Source of the DNA: Mayamaea pseudoterrestris
Taxonomy: Eukaryota
Reading direction: 5' to 3'
DNA length: 64,000 bases
NCBI GenBank assembly: GCA_027923505.1
Contig: BROI01000007.1
Span: forward strand, 62,001-126,000
This document shows positions 1-9,300 of the stretch, piece after piece. The notes under the pieces are model-generated. The model was not told the DNA's origin, did not search any database, and saw only the letters and a list, made by a program, of their open reading frames with translations. Each line of letters opens with the position of its first letter. The stretch's first letter is position 1. The position numbers were made by a program, and so were the translations under genes.

Positions 1-132
1 GACAAGCCCTGCACTCTAAATGGCAGAGCTACAGTCAGGCCCTATTGGTACTCTACAAGCAGCAGATCTACATCAAGATCCCAGGGAGCAACCATCCAGC
101 TACCAATGCGATACAGTCAAGCCCAACACTAC

Positions 133-319
133 AATGAACAAGAAATCCAACCTAGATGCCTCCGTTTACTACACAAAGACGCGATTGCAGAAAACTTGGG
201 TAGCTATGTATAGCCGCCCAAGCCGCCGCCACTGAGCTAGCAGAGCTAGAGCAGAGGCTGGATCCGCGCCGAAAGGTGGGATCCCTTGCCAGCTGCTGCA
301 GTTGCTGCTGCTGAACTCA
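133..319. repeat. Split direct repeat copy B2 (187 bp)
   Basis: AATGAACAAGAAATCC...GCTGAACTCA matches 561-747, with 4 substitutions by eye. Confidence 0.95.
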
Positions 320-560
320 GGGGTGGGCTAGGGTGGGTACTTTAATCTATCTTTCTTACAGTCCTTGAACGGGAGTTTCAAGGCAAGCAGACCAAAAAGA
401 ATGAGGACAAGTTGCTTGCTTCCTTTTGGTGGGAAGGCGGGCTTCGCAATCCTTGGAGAGGACCCATGACCTCTGGTCTTGAAACGGAACGCCAATGAGT
501 CATTGATGACGTCCTTGAGCCAATCAAATCGTCACTTTCTTCCGACACTCCAGAATCCCG

Positions 561-747
561 AATGAACAAGAAATCCAACCTAGATGCCTTTGTTTACTAC
601 ACAAAGACGCGATTGCAGAAAACTTGGGTAGCTATGTATAGCCGCCCAAGCCGCCGCCACTGAGCTAGCAGAGCTAGAGCAGAGGCTGGATCCGCGCCAA
701 AAGGCGGGATCCCTTGCCAGCTGCTGCAGTTGCTGCTGCTGAACTCA
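561..747. repeat. Split direct repeat copy B1 (187 bp)
   Basis: Direct repeat of 133-319 at offset 428; it abuts the YR stop codon at 745-747. Confidence 0.95.
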
Positions 748-1905
748 TGATGGGAATGCAAGGGAACCGCGTGAGGAGCAAACGCCCCAAGCTCTGCTGA
801 TGCCGAAGGAGGAGGCGAGGCTGGTGTCCAAAACTGGAATGGTGTTGGTGACTGGCGGTGTAGGATTGTTGGTGTGGTTGTGATTGATGGTGTTTTCGGA
901 GGGTTGAAAGCGAGTAGCGCTAATGGTGTTGAAGCTGGTGACAGTGAGCATCTTCTTAGAGACTCCGGTGGAGAATAGATCGACTTGCTTGCATATGTAT
1001 TCCACAAAGGCCTCACTGCGCCAGTGTCCTTGTAGTTGAATCATTGTAATAGGGACGCCTGACATGTACATTGCCATGGCGGCAGAGGCGCGGATGGAAT
1101 GGAGGCCGATCTTATCCACGGATTAACCAATGGACTCGGGATTGTTGGATCCAATAAAGTTGCGGAGAAACTCGAGAGCTAGCTTGGTGTGTAAGGCGGC
1201 GAGTTTGCCGGCCTCGTTCTCATAGTAATAGAAGAAATCATCGTCTTCACTCATGAGTCCTTTGGCAATGAGGCGGCGAGCTGAGTGGACGAGTTCTGCA
1301 GCTGCAACCACGGGACAGAAGCGAGGATCGCCAGAGCTGTGAGTCGTAACGCTACCATCCTTCACTTGATTCTTTTGCGCTCGAAAGACAAGAGACACAG
1401 AATTGGAAAGATGGAGCGAGGGTGAAGAGTGTGACACGAGCACCCCGTCTTTCCAGAACCGCGTGTCGCAGATGCGAATAGGGAGAGTCCGTCGTTCAAC
1501 TTTGTCTCCTTTATGGATTTGAAGGTATTCACAAGAGCGAAGACCATAGAACGTGGCCAGGGTGATGAGCAGTTGAAAGTGTGTGTAGCTGCGAAGGTTT
1601 GAATGTTCGGCCGCCAGCTTCATCAAAAGAGCCAGCGGGATCGCCTGCTGGTGAGCCGTTGTAGGATCCTCGTTGCGATAGCCACGAAACAAACGTGCTA
1701 GCACGGGGAGCGTCTCGCCTCGAGCATCATGGCGGGGATCGGGGTAGCCGGCGGACGAGGCCTTAGCCACACCTCCGACGGTGGAAGAGACAGATCTGGC
1801 GACCAGTGTAGATCCATTGCGTGCCTTTGAGTAGACTCCGATGCGGACGGACTGGACGAAGGCGACGAAGAGCAGTGCGCGGGTGCCTCGTGAGCAGTCG
1901 ACCAT
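745..1905 (-). pseudogene. Tyrosine recombinase of the YR retrotransposon, with one in-frame stop
   Basis: Catalytic motifs YGLRSCEY (R), QKN (K), GLHSIRAS (HxxR) and QGHWRSEAFVEY (H/W, Y). The two track ORFs are in the same frame, separated only by TAA at 1123-1125 (PESIG*SVDKIGLHS). Confidence 0.9.
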
Positions 1906-2375
1906 GAAGGGATCGCCTCCAAAACCAGCTCGCTCAGCGGATCATAGCCAACGCTCCCAAGCCATGTCTTCTCGAACATGAGTGGCTCGGGTGATGCCAA
2001 TTGACTCGGATCGAGCAGCAGTAAGGAGGAGAGAGCGGACGTAATCTTGCTGGGCAGCAGACGCATCTTGAAGGACGCCGGAACCTGATAGGCCAAGGAA
2101 GAGGAAAGAATTTGATTGGTGAGAGACTCGTCTGTACTGGAAAAGTCGCGAGAGATGAGGTCGGGGACCACGTTATCCAATCCCATTCGCCACTGCGAGT
2201 AGCAGCAAATCCCATATTGATGGCAAATCTTGGACAGCAACCGCGCTAGTAAAAGCATCTGCGGCGCCGAGGATTCATCCGAGAAGTTAGACCATTGCAG
2301 CCAACCCGCTGCAGTCGTATTGTCGCCAATGGCAAGAACGCAATCACCACGTTGAAGGCGTCCTTCAATGAGGCC
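1698..2375 (-). pseudogene. DIRS/Ngaro-type RNase H C-terminal fragment of pol
   Basis: Motifs AIGDNTTAAGW and GLDNVVPDLISR resemble DIRS RNase H (DN..A; N..AD.LSR). The ORF overlaps the YR ORF in another frame, as is typical of these elements. Confidence 0.8.
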
Positions 2376-2395
2376 ATTGGAATACATGATGTGCT

Positions 2396-2770
2396 ACTGC
2401 AATTAGTGTGGACAGGATATTTTCTGAAGACGCAAGATTTCGGGGTCAAGGACACAAAATTGTACCAAGACAATATGAGTTAAATGTTGCTGGAAAAGAA
2501 CGGTAGAAGCTCAAGTACAAACTGCAATTACTGTGGACAGGATATTTTCTGAAGACGCAAGATTTTGGGGTCAAGGACACAAAATTGTACCAAGACAATA
2601 TGAGTTCAATGTTGCTGGAAAAGAACGGTAGAAGCTCAAGTACAAACTGCAATTACTGTGGACAGGATATTTTCTGAAGACGCAAGATTTTGGGGTCAAG
2701 GACACAAAATTGTACCAAGACAATATGAGTTCAATGTTGCTGGAAAAGAACAGTAGAAGCTCAAGTACAA
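2396..2770 (+). repeat. Tandem triplication, 3 x 125 bp, inside the Copia RNase H
   Basis: Units start ACTGCAATTA at 2396, 2521 and 2646 and end TCAAGTACAA. Confidence 0.95.
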
Positions 2771-2970
2771 AGTGCATGCAATGAATGTTTGGTACTTCTT
2801 TGTGAAGGATTGCGTGGAGGCTGGTGAAGTCAACATTGAGCATTGTCCGACCAGAGACATGGTCGCAGATTTCTTCACAAAACCACTGCAGGGAGTCCAA
2901 TTTGGAGAGCTCCGCAACCTGGTTATGAATCTGGTTTTGAGCAGTAAGTACCACTCAGCCCAAAGGAGTG

Positions 2971-3346
2971 TGTTGAGCAATGATGAGAACCCAAACCAAA
3001 GTGACACGGATGACGTCACGAATACGGTCACGTTTAAGTAAGTGCGGTAAGCGGCAAAGAAGGAGTGGATCGAGGACGATCACTTCTTGGAGAAAATAAG
3101 TAAAGTGGTTTTATCGACTCTGTTCTGCTTAATCATTAGTGTCGCTTCAAGGGCGCGCAAGATATATTCTAGATCCAATAATACATATCTTTTCATTCCA
3201 GATCACGGCAAGGCACGACTGCTGAGTTTGGTGGTTTGGCCCTTAAATAATCACCAAGATCGAGCGGGCACAGTCTCCAGCTACCTGAAGGTTTGCTTTT
3301 CTTATATGTCCCAGGCAAACAAGCAGTTGGGGTGACAGTATCAACA
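2971..3346 (+). repeat. Copia 3' LTR (376 bp)
   Basis: Starts TGTTGA right after the PPT and ends TCAACA, a perfect 6-bp terminal inverted repeat. No second LTR is in the window to confirm the right boundary. Confidence 0.8.
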
Positions 3347-4140
3347 GTCTGAGCGGGCGATCCTTCCAAGGTGCAGCTTAAAATCACAAATTTTAGGGCC
3401 GCCTAATGGAGTCTACAGTGTATTTTTGCAGATTATGATCAATATACATACGAAGAGTTGTTTGGGACAGTTTTACACTTGTAGACATTTCTAAAATGAT
3501 GCTAGATGAGGCGGAAAAATGACAATGGTGGATCACAGATATCTGTACTTTGAAAATGGAATCCATGGGAGGATCAATTTGGGGAACGGTGGCAGCACGG
3601 TGTTACTTGCACACCTTAAGAAAATCCATGACAGAGTTAAAGGCTTGGAACATGCCGAGGAAATGTACGAAAAAGCCAGAACGGCTCCAGGAAAGAACCC
3701 AACCTTGAGAAACTTGCCTGTCGCGCAGCCTAGAATGACATTGCCGCAAAGGATCAAATGGCAGGCACATAAGTAAGAATGGGACGACGCAAGGGCTCCA
3801 AAAAGAAGGGACAAGAAGGCGCCATTTAAGTGATCCATCATCCGTTCAAATGGCTTTCGCAAATGTTCCAGTGAATGACACATGTTATGCGCAAGCGGCA
3901 AGCGGAATTGGAGCGGCAGCAGCGAACTCATTCTGAGCACCAAAAGAGGAGCCGGAATTGGAAGCCGACCAATATTGGGCATCAAAAGAGTAGTACTGTG
4001 CCATAGCTTTATGCACAAGACCATTTGTGATAAAGTGTTTCTATCTGCAAAACAATGGCAAAATGTTGAGCGAAGGGCAAACAACATTAACAACGTAAGC
4101 ACAGGTCAAGCCAACTTACAATAAATTATTTGATAGAATT

Positions 4141-4455
4141 AAGCATGTGAGCACCGAAGGTTGAGAGTCCAAAGCGAGGAGAAGCTGATTGAGCGACTGA
4201 AAAACGACTCAATGGATTTGTTCGATCAACTAGTTGAACAACCAGCATCGCGATAGCCTCGCATGAGTGTGACCCACAGTCTTCCACCAAGCATGGGAGC
4301 GCCCAGCGTTGAGAGTCCCGGCGAGGAGAAGTTTTACTTGAGCGACAGCAGGAACGACTCGAATGGATTGGAACCATCAAAATGGTCGAACAACCAGCAT
4401 CGCGATCGCCTCGCATGAGTCAGAGTCATGAGTGTGACCCACATTCTTCAACCAA
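4141..4455. repeat. Degenerate tandem duplication, about 150-bp unit x2
   Basis: Blocks GTTGAGAGTCC, GCGAGGAGAAG, AACGACTC, GAACAACCAGCATCGCGAT and GAGTGTGACCCACA each occur twice in the same order. Confidence 0.85.
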
Positions 4456-4947
4456 TCCCAGTCAGCGCCTCTGGCTCGTTGTGTTTGTTTGTCATTCTTG
4501 CACAGTCATTGTTTCTATTTAGATCGATTGAAAGACGATGAGTGAGATCAATAGTAGTCGTTGTCCTTGCTGCGTTCGTCTGCTCATCAGATTATTTTGT
4601 GGTGGTGCGAGCGAGTGGCAAAACTGGGACGATTTTTAGTCTCACTGGGACAATGTTGTTAGTGTGTCCTTGTGGGATTCATCTGTGACATTATTTTGGT
4701 TTGTCGGCTTTCATGATTGCGCGCCAGGCTGGCTTGCGTGACTCACTGTCAATGTTTCTACGCTGGGACTGTTAGTACTCGTACTGGTGGCACGTGGAAT
4801 TTGTGTAGGGCTGGCGCGCGTCTTTCTCTAAGCGTGCCCCCGGGAATGCGCGCGGGTCGCCAGCGATCGTTGCTCCACCTTCCCACACAGTCGCCATTTT
4901 TGAGCGACGACCTTTGCCAACACGCCAAACACCTGCTGAGATTGACC

Positions 4948-5757
4948 ATGATGAACACTACGAATCAAAGCACCGAGCCTTGCGCTGCCGCTGCGGACCA
5001 AGATCCTTTTCCTCAATCAACCGACTCAGATATGATGGATTTGCAGACAATGATGTCGCAGCTCTTTGCGAAACAGACGGCGGATAATAACACTTTCCAG
5101 CAGCAAATGTTGCAACTTACTTCAAGAGGCTTCCTGGAAGCTGGAGAGCGAACCTTCGCTGTGGAGTCTCGGACTGGTATTTTGGAGGATCGATCAGATA
5201 ACTTGGAAGCAAACCAAAAGGCTGATCGAAAGCGCATGGACAAGGCGGACAAGCGAATGGACGATGCCGACGCTGAGCGGGCTGGAGACAAGAAGAAGCT
5301 TGCCAAGTTGGATGAACAGGAAAAGAAGATTGCCGACTTGGAAAATGTGGTTCGTGAGTTAAAGCAGCAGGTGGCGGCGCAGCAGAATCCAAACAGCGGG
5401 CCCAATAATTCCAAGGTTGAAGATGCGCTTCGTGTGGTGCAATGCCAGGTTCGCGCCTTGAAGGGACAGCTCACAAAGGATCGTAACCAACGCAAGCAGG
5501 GAAAAATGGCAGCGGATCCGGAACTGGAGTATCGTCCAGATCCAAATGTCTTCTATGAAGCATACCCTCTCCTTCGCAACGGCAAGTGGCAACGTGGATG
5601 CTTGGTGTGCACTCGGTTTCGACTCGCGAAGCAGTGTAATGGACGCTGCAATCAACACAAAATTAGCGCCGACACGCCCTTGTTTGATCCATCCAAATTT
5701 GATCCGGCCGTGGAGCTCGCCTATGACAAATATCCAGAACTCCTTAACGAAGAGTAA
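4948..5757 (+). CDS. Orphan coiled-coil protein with a C-terminal Cys/His cluster (CxxC-x7-C-x3-C-x2-H)
   Basis: Open ORF with a charged heptad-like middle and GCLVCTRFRLAKQCNGRCNQH. The start ATG was chosen by alignment with the paralog at 19820. Confidence 0.7.
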   Translation: MMNTTNQSTEPCAAAADQDPFPQSTDSDMMDLQTMMSQLFAKQTADNNTFQQQMLQLTSRGFLEAGERTFAVESRTGILEDRSDNLEANQKADRKRMDKADKRMDDADAERAGDKKKLAKLDEQEKKIADLENVVRELKQQVAAQQNPNSGPNNSKVEDALRVVQCQVRALKGQLTKDRNQRKQGKMAADPELEYRPDPNVFYEAYPLLRNGKWQRGCLVCTRFRLAKQCNGRCNQHKISADTPLFDPSKFDPAVELAYDKYPELLNEE

Positions 5758-6309
5758 TGCATTCAACTACACTTATTGTGGCGCCATTCTCATATTGATC
5801 GACCGGTGTACAATGAGTCAGATCATGCATTCAGCAAAATGTGTGAGTTTCATTAAATGTAGATTATATTAACCATCAGTACTTAATCAACCGCGCTTAT
5901 AATAAGGTAGCCGCGTTATAATAAGGTAGCGCACTGCTGACAGGCAGGAGGCATTCAAACGCTGGCATTCACTATTGCCTTCTTACTTTCTGATGCCGTC
6001 TGCAACACACAGATCACATATCATAGCTGAATAAAACGAGTGTTAATCTTTTTGGTTTTTTCCAGCTTGCTAAATTGAATATAGCTCCTTGTAATGCCGC
6101 ATCTGTTTGGCGCCACCTATTCCCAGCATGTCGTTGCGACACGGTCGCGTGACTCACAGTCGACAAATTTTGCGCGTGGCCAGCGTTTCCGCGTGCATCG
6201 TCGTGCTGCAGCCTGCAGCAGCATATCAATCGACTTACAACTACAATTTGCCGATCGAATAAAGTAAAGTCAAGGCATCATACTATCGCCAGTATAAAAC
6301 GCACGCATC

Positions 6310-9300
6310 ATGGTGTATCCGCATCGCGCGACAACTCCGAGGCTTGTGGTGGAAACGCTTTTGGAGATTGCTACTGCAATGCTGAACTTTATTATTGTTA
6401 CGCTTGAGGAGCTCTTCGCATACAATCCGCCTTGGCTAACAATTGCTGATAATTGCGTTATGCTCGCTATTCTATTGATCCCTGTCGGATTGCTAATCGT
6501 TCTTCTTGATGGCGGCCTTTGCATGATGTTTGAATCCGCTCTCAGTCGCCGAAGGAACGCACTTGTTGCCATTAAAGGAGACTCTCGCTTAAATCTACCA
6601 ACAGAAGTCAAGCGCCCCGATAGTCAGCGCGAGCTTGAAATCGCGATGCTTCAAGAAGGCGTCGTCGATGCAGCTCGCTTCAACGGAGCTTGGTGGAGAC
6701 GCAAGTGGGTCTCACGAACGCTTGTAGTTTACTCAAGCAGCTACTTCTTCACGGCATTGGTATTCGGCGATGAAACGTACTTTTTCTGGACTGCCTGTCT
6801 ATATCATGCTTGGGAGGCTACTATGCTAATAGATGCTTGGACCCGAGTCAAAATTCCTGTCGCTGTTGACTCTTTGTATCCTCCTCGCGCATCGCTTGCG
6901 TTGTTCTATCGACCCTTGTCTTTCCTCAATTGCGACGCAACAATCTTTTCTATCTGCACATACGCGCTTCAAGTGCTCATCTTTGATGTATTAGGAAAAT
7001 GGAATCAATCATTGTTACCGGCCGACATGTGGAGCGATCTGACGTACACCATGTTTTGTTTCGCTGGCCTGGTCCAGCTACTTCTGCTGCTGCACCAAAT
7101 TCATTTGAACAATATACTGGTCGATACCATGATTGAACGTACCTTTTGCATGCTTTATGCAACGCTCAAAGGAATATACTTCGGCTTGATGGTTCCCTTT
7201 CGCGTCGTTTGTGGGGCAGCAAATACCGCTACGTTTGTGATCAAGGCTGCCTTTCGTCTGGCGCGGCGCAATGGCATTCTACAAGGTCGAACGCTTATGG
7301 CTGGCGAGTATAAGAATTATAAGGGAGAAGGTACTAACTCTTTTAGTAGAATCATTGACGATGCCGACAACAAAGGCGAGCCGACAGGTACCAAGAAATT
7401 CGATGGCAATATTAGCGCGCACGGTCATGGCGCACCCACGGAAGCGCCTCGCAGTGATAATGAGGAGATACAAGCAACGCTGGACACCTTCACTTCTGTT
7501 GAGGACTCATCGACCTGCAACAACGGCTTGTCGCGAATGTCAGGCATTCAAATGGACGAAGCATGCCAGATGCAGCATTCATTGCCCTTCCACAATACAG
7601 GGCGCAACCAAACGCATACGTCTACTAGATCGATTAAGTGGCCACTGAAAACGGAAACTTTTTTGAAGAAGACGAATGTTGACTCTGTTGCATCTGCAGT
7701 TCAAAGGGGCTTTGTGTCAAGCGATGCGCTGAAAAGGAACAAGGTGGGCACTCCCACAGTGGGCGAGACTGTACCGAGCCATGGATGGAAGACTGCCGTT
7801 GCGGAACCTGCATGTCTCGCGACGGCGCCAACAACGGCCAACGTCGAAATGTCTAAAAAGTTCAAAATTGTTGGTTGCCGTGGTGGTGCGTCAGACGTGA
7901 TTAACAAGGTCGCTGCAAATAAATTATATAGTAACGGTATTGACCAGCAATGGGGCCGTGGTGTACGCAAGAAGGGAGGCGATGTCAAGCGCCAGACGCC
8001 AAATGCGTCGTTTTTGTCGTCGGCCAGTTTAGATGTCCCGAGGCCTGTAACGCTGAAGACTGATCGATCGACAGATTCAATAATGGCGAGCACAGAAGCT
8101 GCTTTTTGGAAGGAAAGGACTCTGAGCGTTTCAGTGGCCACCACTGATGCTGGTGCAATCATTCGTCCGAAAAGAAGGGCACTTACAGGCGCGTCTGCTT
8201 CATACACGGAGTCTACTGCTAATCCGACGCTTGCCGTTCCTTGTCGCCGACCTACGAACCAGGCGTCTGCAGCTCCTACGAGTCCGGGCGAAGTTACGGG
8301 AGTATCTCCTACTGATGATATAAATAATACGACGGCTCCACTTGGAGATGTCGGCAAGGTTACTATATGTGATGTTTCCTTGATTCAAGCATCCGGGCTT
8401 GTCGTTGCTGGATCTGTGCAATCTATTTGTACCCTTCGTCAAGACACTGCTTCCGCGACTGCCCCAGCACTCACAACTTTGAATCAAAGTAATAGTGTGC
8501 ACATGACTGATGATTGTCGCATTCGTTCATCAGTTTCCAGCACGGCGGAAAGATGCGACAAAGCTACGCTGATTCCTCCCAGCACGACTGGCCGTGCGGT
8601 TGAAGTTGAGCCAAAGCACTCTGCTTCTTCAAAAGGTTGGGTTTCTGGTAAAAGCAACATTATTATGAGTGAGGCAAAAGCCACTTTGACTGCTGAATCT
8701 GCGTCGCCTCTTTCAGTGTCGATTGAAGGCACTTCGCTGTCGTTGGATAATTGTGCCTTACGCATGCCAACTGCGAGCAGATCATCGGCTTTGCCAAGCT
8801 TGTCGCTACAAGCTAGTGCGGCACCGACCAGTCGCTTGTGCGCGATGACCAACATGACGGCGGTAGAGACTGGTTTTGACGACGACAGTGACACGACAGT
8901 TGCAGGCGAGCTCACATCAGCGGCATCGAAGGCAAAGATGATAGGCGCCAACATTTCTGTCTCGATATGTGCACCTGAGCCTGCCATTCGAAAATTGTTT
9001 CGGCCTACACTAATGCGTAATGACCATGATAAATTCGCATCTCCAACAACTACCGCTATAGCACAAAGTGGTTCCACTGACAGTCTGCAAAAAGACGGTG
9101 ATTATCGCAATCAAGCGCTGTCGAACTCGGTAAATCTATCGAACAGCTCTGTAGAAGGTCTCTTCAGCTTTTCTCGACGAGCGGGTAGCCATGAGACTGA
9201 TCTGATTCTGCCAATCTCTCACGAGAAAGCAGAATATGCGCCATCCAATATAGACGCTAGCTTTGAGACTTTGACTCATTTTGTCGATGCTCCTCCGAGC

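Larger units (their letters stand above)
133..2375 (-). mobile_element. 5'-truncated tyrosine-recombinase retrotransposon (DIRS order, Ngaro/PAT-like split direct repeats)
   Basis: The RNase H ORF overlaps a YR ORF and is followed by a 187-bp direct repeat pair (561-747, 133-319) around a 241-bp spacer. This matches the B1-A2-B2 3' end of split-direct-repeat elements. Gag, RT and A1 are absent. Confidence 0.85.
2376..3346 (+). mobile_element. 3' remnant of a Ty1/Copia (CoDi-like) LTR retrotransposon: RNase H, PPT and LTR
   Basis: IGIHDVLLQLVWTGYFL...LYQDNMSSMLLEKNGRSSS...YFFVKD...IEHCPTRDMVADFFTKPLQG is the Copia RNase H signature. The purine-rich AAAGGAGTG lies immediately before the LTR. 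Confidence 0.92.

Noticed and set aside
2396..2770. Regular repeats suggesting a CRISPR array or satellite
   Set aside because: The units are contiguous with no spacers and encode Copia RNase H, in a eukaryotic context.
3519..4124. Short + strand ORFs rich in K/R and Cys, possibly a transposase tail
   Set aside because: No catalytic motif or terminal repeat is recognisable, so the call is unsupported.
5013..5766. Overlapping - strand ORFs (also e.g. 7701-8357, 28950-29492, 34060-34656, 39516-40202)
   Set aside because: Antisense or off-frame shadows of real CDSs with no recognisable motifs.
5891..5930. 20-bp tandem duplication CCGCG(C)TTATAATAAGGTAG
   Set aside because: It could be a slippage event or an excision footprint, but there is no other evidence of function.
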